Source: Macrostomum hystrix
Lineage: Eukaryota > Animalia > Platyhelminthes
Reading direction: 5' to 3'
Length of the DNA: 64,000 bases
Assembly: GCA_950097015.1 (NCBI GenBank)
Contig: CATNEN010000035.1
Span: 1,302,001-1,366,000, forward strand
The position numbers and the translations under genes are program-made. Below are positions 25,673 through 37,700 of this stretch, piece by piece (position 1 is the stretch's first letter; each line of letters begins with the position of its first letter). Under the pieces are notes generated by a model that made no database searches, was not told the DNA's origin, and was given only the letters and a program-made list of their open reading frames with translations.

Positions 25673-26119
25673 CCTATAGAGTCGCTTCCATTGTTTTCTC
25701 AGTGTCGCTATTCATGAAGCATAATTAGCGCCTATTGCATATTTTGTGATTCCTACAAGATTACATTTTTAACAATGCTTTCATGCTTTTTTAGTTTAAT
25801 TTTGCAGTCTTTAAAGGTGTTTATTTCCTTAATTCTTTTTGCATAATAATAGTGTACGCAAATGTACGTAATGAGCACTTTCATATTCCTGATCAAGTAC
25901 CACAGATTTTTATTCAGCCTGTTATTATTAACTCGTATGTATTATATATTTCCTCTACTGTGCAATAAGTTGGTCTTTTTGTCATTCATTTTACTCGTTT
26001 ATTATTACTAATGTCATCTATTGCTTCATTAGATTAGATTTATCTATTTGCCATGACTTTGTTTTCTCTTTGTTTTGCTTCCTTAGCTACCACATAGTTT
26101 TGTTTCTTATTTTCTACTG

Positions 26120-26192
26120 CAGGGGTCGGCAAACTTATTAGCTTGCGGGCCAAATAGAGAATCTAAAAGACGACAGCGGGCCGCATTGACTA
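26120..26192 (+). mobile_element. hAT/Charlie-type 5' terminal fragment
   Basis: CAGGGGTCGGCAAACT followed by gcgggccaaa and gcgggccgca, a typical Charlie-like terminus. No matching right TIR was found. Confidence 0.45.
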
Positions 26193-26197
26193 TATAA

Positions 26198-26690
26198 ATA
26201 TGAGATAGCGGAGAGATAAGACAGGGAAGAGATGAGATAGCTGAGAGATAAGACAGGGAAGAGATAAGATAGCGGAGAGATAAGACAGGGAAGAGATGAG
26301 ATAGCGGAGAGATAAGACAGGGAAGAGATGAGATAGCGGAGAGATAAGACAGGGAAGAGATGATATAGCGGAGAGATAAGACAGGGAAGAGATGATACAG
26401 GGGAGAGATGAGAAACAGGAGAGATGAGACACAGGAGAGATGAGACACAGGAGAGATGAGACAGAGGAGAGATGAGACACAGGAGAGATGAGACACAGGA
26501 GAGATGAGAAACAGGAGAGATGAGACACAGGAGAGATGAGACACAGGAGAGATGAGACACCAGGAGAGATGAGACACAGGAGAGATGAGACACAGGAGAG
26601 ATGAGAAACAGGAGAGATGAGACACAGGAGAGATATGAGACACCAGGAGAGATGAGACACAGGAGAGATGAGACACAGGAGATGAGACAC
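26198..26690. repeat. Purine-rich array: 32-bp unit grading into 16-bp GGAGAGATGAGACACA
   Basis: Direct periodicity. Confidence 0.9.
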
Positions 26691-27109
26691 TTTTCTTTAT
26701 AATTTAGTATATCAAATTTGTATTAATTTTCTGTTCATATGCATTAGTCAGAGATATTATTGACATTGGCGCCATCAAGTGTGTTTTTACTATACATTTA
26801 TCGAGCATCGCACTTCAAATTTGTACTTTTGTGCTTGTTGCCATGCCGGCGACCGCTTTTTTGGTGCTTCGCTGGGTTTAAGGTTTTGAATCATTGCAGT
26901 ACTACCAGATGCTTTGTTTATGCTGTCACAGTCATCTTATCAAATTGGTATGCTTGGTTTATGAAGTAAATTAATTAACTGCTAATGTGAATTATTAGTG
27001 TGAAATCGATTTGCGCCAATCCTTCTGCTTTATTATCATTAAATCATCTTTCATTATACACAGAAACAGATATTGTTCACAAAAGAGCATTATTTTTCCA
27101 TAATATTAT

Positions 27110-28240
27110 CCCCGTAATCAATCCCATAGAATGAGATTTTCCGCATCTCATAATCAATGCCATCCAATGAGATTATCCCCATCTCGTAATCTATGCCATC
27201 AAATGAGATTTTCCGCATCTCATAATCAATGCCATCCAATGAGATTATCCCCATCGCGTAATCTATGCCATCCAATGAGATTATCCCCATCTCGTAATCT
27301 ATGCCATCCAATGAGATTATCCCCATCTCGTTATCAATGCCATACAATGAGATTATCCCCATCTCGTTATCAATGCCATCCAATGAGATTATCCCCATCT
27401 CGTAATCAATACCATCCAATGAGATTATCCCCATCTCGTAATCAATGCCATACAATGAGATTATCCCCATCTCGTAATCAATGCCATCCAATGAGATTAT
27501 CCCCATCTCGTTATCAATGCCATACAATGAGATTATCCCCATCTCGTTATCAATGCCATACAATGAGATTATCCCCATCTCGTAATCAATGCCATACAAT
27601 GAGATTATCCCCATCTCGTTATCAATGCCATACAATGAGATTATCCCCATCTCGTAATCAATGCCATCCAATGAGATTATCCCCATCTCGTTATCAATGC
27701 CATACAATGAGATTATCCCCATCTCGTTATCAATGCCATCCAATGAGATTATCCCCATCTCGTAATCAATGCCATACAATGAGATTATCCCCATCTCGTA
27801 ATCAATGCCATCCAATGAGATTATCCCCATCTCGTAATCAATGCCATCCAATGAGATTATCCCCATCTCGTTATCAATGCCATACAATGAGATTATCCCC
27901 ATCTCGTTATCAATGCCATACAATGAGATTATCCCCATCTCGTAATCAATGCCATACAATGAGATTATCCCCATCTCGTTATCAATGCCATCAAATGAGA
28001 TTATCCCCATCTCGTTATCAATGCCATCCAATGAGATTATCCCCATCTCGTTATCAATGCCATCCAGTGAGATTATCCCCATCTCGTTATCAATGCCATA
28101 CAATGAGATTATCCCCATCTCGTTATCAATGCCATCCAATGAGATTATCCCCATCTCGTAATCAATGCCATCCAATGAGATTATCCCCATCTCGTTATCA
28201 ATGCCATCCAATGAGATTATCCCCATCTCGTTATTAATCC
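27110..28240. repeat. 36-bp minisatellite ATCAATGCCATCCAATGAGATTATCCCCATCTCGTA
   Basis: Direct periodicity upstream of NOM1. Confidence 0.95.
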
Positions 28241-28344
28241 CTGTTATCTCCTGCATTCCATATAACAATCTAATGACATTGAAAAGGCAAAAAATCCTCT
28301 ACCTGAGATGATCCCCATGGCGTAATCCCGCAGCCAGAGCAGTC

Positions 28345-31300
28345 ATGCCGAAGTCAGGCAGTTCTAACAAATGGCGCAAGCGCCAACTACGCGAAGACAT
28401 CGCTCAGGACGACGCCGAGATCCGACGCTACTCTCGTCTGCTCAAGCTCAACAAGCGACGCAAGACTCAGTCGAGCCTGCCGAAAGTATTTCGCGACACC
28501 GGTTTGGACTATCTGCTAGACATTGTGGGCGATGATAGAGACGACGTTGATAAGACCGAGAGTGCCTGCGTAGCAGACGATTTGGACGAAGCTAAAGTGG
28601 CCGAAATAATCAAAGAATGTCCGGAGAGTGCAGCCTACTATAGCCAACTGCGGGCTAGCAGAGAGACCGAGTATTCTAAGAAACTGACGAAGAAGAAAGC
28701 AAAGAAAAGAAAACTTGGCTCAGAATCGGCTGAGAAGAAACAGTTTGAGCATGTCAAAGAGTCAATTGAAGAGGAAGAAATTATTCAAGAAGAAGAAGAT
28801 GCCGATAGTGGGAAAAATCAGGCAAAGGCAGCAAAGTGTGATATCTATGGCCGCGACGTCCCAATCGCTTCCGCTGTCCAATCAGCAGCGTCTCAGTTGG
28901 ACCACTCATCCACGGCCGAAGAAGAAGAGAAACTGCGCCGGAAGATGCGCGCCCTGGTGAACCGAGTCAGCGAGCGAGTCCTGGCCAGAATCTCCGCCGA
29001 CCTCGAGGCTGTGTACCTGGCTAGCCCGCGCGGCCCCGCCAACAGCGCCCTAGCCAGCCTGGTGCTCGATGTCGCTGCTAACTCCGGCGAGCCACTGTCC
29101 GACAGAATGCTGGTTGATCAGGCCTCTCTTGTAGCCATATTGTGCTCAAATATTAGCGGCTGCGAGCTGGGTGCTCACCTGGCCGAGGCTCTGGCACTGA
29201 GGCTTGGTACCGATGCTCAGGTGATGAGCTTGGGAGGATTAGCCATAGCTGAAAGCTTTTAGAATCCATGAATGCGGATCAATTTTGATTGGTCGAACAG
29301 GGTTATAGGTCGATTCTATTTTTAGGCACTTAGTTTGGTAATAATAATGATAATAATAATAATAATAATATCAACTATGCTGTCCATTCTGTCCATTTCG
29401 CAGACTCCTGAGAACACACGCACACAAATACCCATACGCAGGCATGCGCTCACCAATGTGCCTTGGAGGTTGGTCCTTAGGGCGTAAATTGCACGAAAAG
29501 CCCCCAAGCCTTCTCTCCGCTGCTGCGTCCAAAATAAAATATGGCCTCGCCGCGGAATCGAGCTCAAGGACTTTAGTGCGAGAGGCAAACTCTCCGGACA
29601 TGACCTTGGAGGTTTTAGCTTGGTGCTATATTTAGAAAACAACTAGCATGTTTTGCCCCCCTTCGGGGAGCAGAAATATTTTTAATTCGTCTTGTATATA
29701 CTTTTTAGCAGCTGTATTTTCAGCTTTTTTAAGCTACACTGATCACCCAGTTGACAATGATCACCCAGTTGACAATGATCGCCCAGTTGACGATGATCCA
29801 CCATTGATGATGATCCCCAGTTGACAATGTTCCCCCAGTTGACCATGATCCTTTAGTTGACAATGATCCCCCAGTTAATGATGATCACCCAGATGACAAT
29901 CATCTCCCAGTTGACCATGATCCCCTATTTGATGATGATTCCCCAGTTGACAATTATCCGCAGTTGACAATGATCCTCCAGTTGACAATGATCCTCCAGT
30001 TGACAATGATCCCCTAGTTGACAATTATCCCCCAGTTTACCATGATCCCCCAGTTTACCGTGATCCCCTATTTGATGCTGACTCCCCAGTTGACAATGTT
30101 CCCCAGTTGAATTTTTATATTAGCTGCTTTTGTAGAAATTTGAAAAGAACAACATGGCTCAGGTTTAGCCATGATTTAAACTCTGGTTGGCTATGATTCA
30201 AGCTCTGGTTTAGCCATGAAGCTAAGAAATATGTTTTTAAAATGCTTTAAAAAAATTTTTTATCATTTGGAGGCTGGCTGAAAAAAAGGGAGGTAAAATT
30301 TTCATGTTACTTTTAGTAGGCTATTTAGGCAAATTAACAATCAAAACAAATATTTACACAAAATTTCTTAATTTGGGATTCGAACTTGCGACCTATGGTA
30401 ACCTCCAAGCCCCCACCGTCTGTTTCAGTCGCTGTCTCGCGGCCTAGACACAGGCGGTAAGACCAGTCACAACCTGCTGCTGTTTGCGATGTTCCTCTGC
30501 TGGCTTGGCGTCACCTCGGCCAAGCTGCCATTCGATCTGCTGCAGCTGCTGGCGGATCTGGCCACCGAGGAAGCGCTGGATGCCATTGTGCTGTGCTTGC
30601 GACACGCCGGTCTGCAGCTTCGGCGTCTGGACGGTGCCAGGATGCGCGCCCTGCTGGACGGACTGCAACGGCGGGCGGAGAATGACGGCCTGGCCGAACA
30701 GCTCGGCGGGGAGGCGTCGCGCGGCCGCTTCCTATTGGAGCTGCTGCAGGCTGTGAGAAACAATAATTATAGAAAAATCCCCGGCTACGACTGCGAGTAC
30801 GTGGAGCGGGCCAGGAAGGCCGTGCGACAGTTGGCCAGGTGCGCAGCTTTACTAGACAGGAGCTGGGGTGATGAACAGGTGTTGTGTTGATAGACAGCTG
30901 CTGGGGTGATAGATAGGTGTTGTGTTGAAAGACAGGTGCTGGGGTGATGGACAGGTGCTGGGGTGATAGACAGGTGTTTGGGTGATAGACAGGTGCTGGA
31001 GTAATGGACAGGTGTTAGGGTAATGGACAGTTGTTGGGTTGATGGACAGGTGTTGGGCTAATGGACAGTTGTTGGGGTAATAGGCAGGTGTTGGAGTAAT
31101 GGACAGGTGTTGGGATGCTGCTCGACAGGTAATAGACAGTTGTTAAGGTGCTGCTCGACAGGTGTTGGGGTAGTGGACAGTTGTTGGGGGTAATTGACAG
31201 GTGTTGGTGGTAATGGACAGGTGTTGTGGTATTGGAAAAGTTTTAGGGCACGTGTGTAAAGGACAGGAATGGGGGGTAATGGACAGATTTTCGATAATGG

Positions 31301-32529
31301 AGACTGGGGTGGGTGTATTAGCAGGTGTTGGGGTGGGTGTATTAGGCAGGTGTTGGGGTGGGTGTATTAGGCAGGTGTTGGGGTGGGTGTATTAGGCAGG
31401 TGTTGTGGTGTGTGTATTAGGCAGGTGTTGGGGTGGGTGTATTAGGCAGGTGTTGGGGTGGGTGTATTAGGCAGGTGTTGGGGTGGGTGTATTAGGCAGG
31501 TGTTGGGGTGGGTGTATTAGGCAGGTGTTGGGGTGGGTGTATTAGGAGTACGTTTGGGTGTACAGCACACGTGTACGTTGAGCTGGGTTGTTAGAAAGGA
31601 TAGTGTTGGTAGGCTTAGTTAAATTTTGTAGGAAGAAAACGTTATTAACTGATCCTCAAGTAACCTGGAATCCCTGATTCCACAGGTCGGAGGCCACGCC
31701 AGTGGAATTCGGTCTAGCTGACGTTCGCGACGCCCCAATCAAAGGCCGCTGGTGGGTGGTGGGTGCCGCTTACACTTCGCAGGCCACTGACTTGCCAGCT
31801 CCTGTCGCAGACTCCGCCACCGCCGCTGAGGCCGCCGCCGTTACGGCAGGCGCTGCCTTCGCCGGCTCCGGCGCCTCCATCAGTCAGCAGCAGCTCGACC
31901 ATCTGGCTTCGCGTCTCGGCTTGAAGACTCCCCAGCGACGCGCAATCTTCTCCTCGCTAGTTGGCGCCGCCGATGCCGACGACGCCGCCGCTCGGCTGCT
32001 CCGCCTGGCGTCCTCGGCCGCCGGCTCGGCCGCCGTGGCTGACGTGGCCAGCATAGCGCTGAAGTGTGCGCTGCGTGAATCGGCCAGCTACAATCCCTTC
32101 TACGCAGCCGTCCTGCTGCGCCTTCGTCGAGCCAATCGGAGCTTCGCCATGCCGCTTCGGTGTGCCGTCTGGGACCAGCTGGCAGCGCTGGGCGACATGC
32201 GCCACGACAGGGCGGCCCGCCTAGGCGACCTGGCAGCCGACCTCATGCTGGCCGGCGCCATCCCGCCCGCTGCCGTCATGTCCCGCTTCCCCTTCGAGCT
32301 GGTGCCCTCGACCGGCTCCGCTGCCGCCGTCTGTCTGGCCGCATTCGCCGGCGCTTTGAAGCGTCGGGCTGGCGACTCGCCGGAGCTTCCTGGCCTGCTG
32401 AGCGGCCTGGCTGGCGACGCCGGGGTGGCTCGCTGCCTGCCGGCCGGCCTTGTGGTCGCCGGTCGTCAGCTCGACAATTCGGCCGATGCCGACTGGCTGC
32501 TGCATCGCCTGCGCTCGTTGACCAGCTGA
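28345..32529 (+). CDS. NOM1: Nucleolar MIF4G-domain protein 1 (NOM1/Sgd1), exons 28345-29220, 30429-30838, 31686-32529, 709 aa
   Basis: Basic/acidic N-terminus with GLDYLL, MIF4G (ALVNRVSE...), RFLLELLQAVRNNNYRKIPGYD, KGRWWVVGA and an MA3-like region with YNPFYA. Phases 0 and 2 are consistent. Confidence 0.9.
29338..29606 (-). mobile_element. tRNA-derived SINE-like element, copy 2 (NOM1 intron 1)
   Basis: Reverse complement reads tttgcctctcgcac...gagctcgattccgcggcgaggcca...gtgcaatttacgccctaaggaccaacctccaaggcaca, followed by a (TTA)n tail. Confidence 0.6.
29745..30112. repeat. ~20-bp degenerate minisatellite GTTGACAATGATCCCCCA
   Basis: Recurrent unit, NOM1 intron 1. Confidence 0.85.
30860..31550. 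repeat. G-rich arrays (GACAGGTGTTGGGGTAATG-like, then 24-bp GGGTGGGTGTATTAGGCAGGTGTT-like)
   Basis: Direct periodicity, NOM1 intron 2. Confidence 0.85.
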
Positions 32530-32814
32530 TTGATTTGTGGAGTGCGATATTTTCTCCTAGCTACTACTCACAGTAGGCTGATGAGTTGGAAAAATAGTGG
32601 CGCAATTTGCTATGCATTTTCTATTGTTATCTGAATATCTGATTCAACTCAAATTTGTTGTTCTACATTTTAATTATACATTGACTTGACTATGCATGTT
32701 ACTGTGAGTAGAATGAATGGAGAATTCCGGTATCGAATGAATGAAATTTATTTGAGTAATGCTTCTGTTTTCTTTTGATTTGTTTATGCAACCAATCAGG
32801 GTTTTATGATTTCA

Positions 32815-34740
32815 GGATGCAGGATTTGAGATTGTTGATCAACGACTCGAAATTCTTGATAAATGATTCAGGATAGTTGATACTGGATTCAGGATAGTTG
32901 ATACTAGATTCGGGATTGTTGATACTGGATTCAGGATTGTTGATACTTGATTCAGGATTACTGATACTTGATTCAGGATAGTTGATACTGGATTCAGGAT
33001 TCTTGATACTGGATTCAGGATTCTTGATACTGGATTCGGGATTATTGATACTGGTTTCGGGATTATTGATACTGGTTTCGGGATAGTTGATACTGGATTC
33101 GGGATTCTTGATACTGGATTCGGGATTCTTGGTACTGGATTCGGGATTGTTGATACTGGATTCAGGATTGTTGATATTGGATTCGGGATTTTTTATACTC
33201 GATTCAGGATTGCTGATACTGGATTCGGGATTATTGATACTGGATTCGGGATAGTTAATACTGGATTCAGGATAGTTGATACTGGATTCGGGATTCTTGA
33301 TACTGGATTCGGGATTCTTGATACTGGATTCGGGATAGTTTATACTAGATTCGGGATTGTTAATACTGCATTCGGGATTCTTGATACTTAATTCGGGATT
33401 TTTTATACTGGATTCAGGATAGTTGATACTGGATTCAGGGTAGTTGATACTGGTTACGGGCATGCTTCAACAGTCGAATCCTACCCATTCTTGATACTGG
33501 ATTCGGGATTCTTGGTACTGGATTCGGGATTCTTGGTACTGGATTCGGGATTGTTGATACTGGATTCAGGATTGTTGATACTGGATTCGGGATTATTGAT
33601 ACTGGATTCGGGATTTTTTATACTCGATTCGGAATTGCTGATACTGGATTCGGGATTATTGATACTGGATTCGGGATAGTTAATACTGGATTCAGGATAG
33701 TTGATACTGGATTCGGGATTGTTGATACTGGATTCGGGATAGTTTATACTAGATTCGGGATTGTTAATACTGGATTCGGGATTCTTGATACTGGATTCGG
33801 GATTGTTGATACTGGATTCAGGATTGTTGATACTGGATTCGGGATTATTGATACTAGATTCGGGATTTTTTATACTCGATTCAGAATTGCTGATACTGGA
33901 TTCGGGATTTTTTATACTCGATTCGGAATTGCTGATACAGGATTCGGGATTCTTGATACTGGATTCGGGATAGTTAATACTGGATTCAGGATAGTTGATA
34001 CTGGATTCGGGATTGTTGATACTGGATTCGGGATAGTTTATACTAGATTCGGGATTGTTAATACTGGATTCGGGATTCTTGATACTGGATTCGGGATTGT
34101 TGATACTGGATTCAGGATTGTTGATACTGGATTCGGGATTATTGATACTGGATTCGGGATTTTTTATACTCGATTCAGAATTGCTGATACTGGATTCGGG
34201 ATTCTTGATACTGAATTCGGGATTATTGATACTGGATTCGGGATTTTTTATACTGGATTCATGATTGTTGATACTGGATTCGGGATTCTTGATACTGGAT
34301 TCGGGAAAGCTGATACTGGATTCGGGATAGTTGATACTGGATTCAGGATAGTTGATACTGGATTCCGGATAGTTAATAGTGGATTCAGGATTGTTAGTAC
34401 AGGATTCAGGATAGTTGATGCAGGATTCAGGATAGTTGATACTAGATTCGGGATTCTTGATACTGGATTCGGGATAGTTGATACTGGATTCGGCATTGTT
34501 GATATTGGATTCAGGATAGTTGATACTGGATTCAGGATTGTTGATACTGGATTCGGCATTGTTGATATTGGATTCAGGATAGTTGATACTGGATTCAGGA
34601 TAGTTGATATTGGATTCAGGATAGCTCATACAGGATTCGGGATTCTTGATACTGGATTCGGGATAGTTGATACTGGATTCAGGATAGTTGATACTGGATT
34701 CAGGATAGTTAATACTGGATTCAGGATAGTTGATACTGCT
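32815..34740. repeat. 21-bp minisatellite GATACTGGATTCGGGATTGTT between NOM1 and MCM9
   Basis: Direct periodicity; interrupted at 33454-33487 by a copy of the unique sequence that follows the array. Confidence 0.95.
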
Positions 34741-34779
34741 TACGGGCATGCTTCAACAGTCGAATCCTACCCACCGCAG

Positions 34780-37700
34780 CAGCGTCAGCGGGAGCCAGAC
34801 GCAGCCGAGGTAGCTTCGGCAACCCTGGCCTTCCAGGCCTACCTGTGCAAGACTCACGCCGGTGAGCTGCGCGAAATTCTTCGCGACGTCGGCCCAACCG
34901 ACGCTCACAGATCAGTTAGGGTGCTCGGACACTCGTTGAACGACTCCTTGCCCGACCTTCTGGCCGCCCTCCTCACCTGCCCGGAGGGGATGCTTCCAGC
35001 GATGGACTCGGCCCTGTCGGCCGCCTGTCGTCAGCTGATGTCCGAGGCGGCCGACGAAGCCAAGGCCGGCTGGACTTTGAAATCCAATCTGCACGTCCGC
35101 CTGATCGACCTGCCCCGCATTCCCGAGTACTATCGATGCCGGACTCCAACGTCAGCGGATGTCGGTCGTTACATCTGCTTCGTCGGCACGGTTGTTCGGC
35201 GCACCGAGAACAAGCTGGTGGAGCATCACAGGCGCTTCGAGTGCACCAGGTGCCGCCTGCGCTTTCCCGTGGCCGCGGAGTTTGAGCGGCACTTTGTCAT
35301 CGAAGCGCCTAAGCGCTGCCCGGCTGACAACTGCGGCAGCCTCAGCGTGCGCCAGTGCGAGGAGACGCCCCGCTGCGCTAATTATCAGGAAATACGCGTC
35401 CAGGAACAGCCGCAGCGCCTGCCCGTGGGAGCCGTGCCGCGCAGCCTGCTGGTCAGTCCGACTGGGATTGGGATTTTCTAAATTCGATTTGGGATTGGCA
35501 TTTTCCTAATTCGATTTTGGATTAAGATTTTTCTTAACTCGATCTAGGATTAGGATATTCTAAATTGGATTTGGGATTGGGATTTTCTAAATTGGATTTG
35601 GGATTGGGATTTTCTAAATTGGATTTGGGATTGGGATTTTCTAAATTGGATTTGGGATTGGGATTTTCTAAATTGGATTTGGGATTGGGATTTTCTAAAT
35701 TGGATTTGGGATTGGGATTTTCTAAATTGGATTTGGGATTGGGATTTTCTAAATTCGATTTAGGATTCGGATTTTCTAAATTGGATTTGGTATTAGGATG
35801 TTTTAATTTGATTTAGTAGTTGGATTTTCTAAATTGGATTGGGATTGGGATTTTCTAAATTGGATTTAGGATTAGGATTTTCTAAATTGGATTTGGGATT
35901 AGGATTTTCTAAATTGGATTGGGATTGGGATTTTCTAAATTGGATTTAGGATTGGGATTTTCTAAATTGGATTTGGGATTGGGATTTTCTAAATTGGATC
36001 TAGCATTAGGATTTTCTAAATTGGATTGGGATTGGGATTTTCTAAATTGGATTTAGGATTAGGATTTTCTAACTTGGATTTGGGATTAGGAGTTTCTAAA
36101 TTAGATTGGTATTGGGATTTTCTAAATTGGATTTGGGATTAGGATATTTTAATTTGATTTAGTAGTTGGATTTTCTAAATTTGATTTATTAGTTGGATTT
36201 TCTAAATTGGATTGGGATTGGGATTTTCTAAATTGGATTTAGGATTAGGATTTTCTAAATTGGATTTGGGATTAGGAGTTTCTAAATTAGATTGGGATTG
36301 GGATTTTCTAAATTGGATTTAGGATTAGGAGTTTCTAAATTGGATTGGGATTGGGATTTTCTAAATTGGATTTAGGATTAGGAGTTTCTAAATTGGATTG
36401 GGATTGTGATTTTCTAAATTGGATTTAGGATTAGGATTTTCTAAATTGGATTTGGGATTAGGATTTTCTAAATTGGATTGGGATTGGGATTTTCTAGACT
36501 TTTCTATTTTTCAATGGTATTTTCTATTTTCAAGTAATCCTCGACCCAAGGTGTGTCTGGAGCATGACCTAGTCGACGCCTGTCAGCCTGGCGAAGACGT
36601 CCAGGTATTCGGCATCGTCATGCGCCGATGGCAGCCGCTGCTGCCAGGCCAGCCGGCCCAGTGCGATCTGGTCCTGCGCTGCTGCGCCCTGGAGGAGTCC
36701 CTGGGCTCAACGCGCACCTGCCCGATGGTCTCCGGGGAGCGCCGAGCCGAGTTCGACGCCTACTGGGCCGCGTCCGGTAATTTTATCTGCTCAGCTTTGC
36801 CTGAATTTCCACTTCTGCCTCTGCGAATCATATTCTTCTATCTCTGAATTATCCCCTATTATCCACGTGAATCATCGCGTAAAATCATTGAATTATCCCC
36901 TCTTATTATTGTGAATTATCTTTGAATTATCCCCTCAAATCTTTGAATTATCCCCTCAAATCTTTAAATTATCCCCTCAAATCTTTGAATTATCCCCTCA
37001 AATCTTTGAATTATCCCCTCAAATCTTTGAATTATCCCCTCAAATCTTTGAATTATCCCCTCAAATCTTTGAATTATCCCCTCTTATCTCTGTGACTCAT
37101 CCCTACCTTATCTTATGTGTAATTTATTTTCACTCTTTAGAGACTTATCCCCATCTCTCCAGGCAGGCGGCCCCTGCATGCTCGCGACCGCATCCTGGCG
37201 AGCATCTGTCCCCAGCTGTGCGGCCTCCGCCTGGCCAAACTGGCTGTCGCACTAATCCTGGCCGGCGGTGTGCAAAAATCCGGCGAAAGCGGGCATCGAA
37301 CTCGCGGCCAATCTCACCTGCTGCTAATTGGCGATCCGGGCACAGGTAAATCGCAATTCCTCCGCTTCGCCAGCCGATTAGCCGGCCGGTCGGTTCTCAC
37401 CACCGGAGTCGGCAGCAGCGCCGCCGGCCTCACAGCGGCTGCTGTTCGCGAAGGCGGCCAATGGGCCCTGGAGGCCGGAGCCCTGGTCCTAGCCGACGGC
37501 GGAGTCTGCTGCATCGACGAATTCAATTCCGTTGGCGAACGCGACCGAACCTGCATCCACGAGGCCATGGAGCAGCAGACACTGTCTGTGGCCAAGGCTG
37601 GCCTAGTCTGCAAGCTGAACACCCGCTGCTCCGTGCTGGCAGCCACCAACCCGCATGGCAAACTAGACTCTAGCCAGAGCCTCAGCGTCAATACCAACCT

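Noticed and set aside
27090-28268. 392-aa (-) and 368-aa (+) repeat ORFs (GIISLDGIDNEM)n
   Set aside because: Translation of a 36-bp minisatellite that is open in several frames and strands; no splice or signal context.
30372-30396. Reverse B-box-like gggattcgaacttgcgacct as a tRNA gene
   Set aside because: No complete cloverleaf or A box visible; at most a SINE or tRNA scrap.
31714-32576. Antisense and alternative-frame ORFs over NOM1, MCM9, RING and FUCA exons
   Set aside because: Expected shadow ORFs of GC-rich coding sequence; no independent signals.
32804-34749. (NPESSI)n ORFs on - and the 162-codon repeat N-extension of the 34261 ORF
   Set aside because: 21-bp array translations. The in-frame ATG at 34261 lies within the repeat and would add a non-homologous repeat before MCM9.
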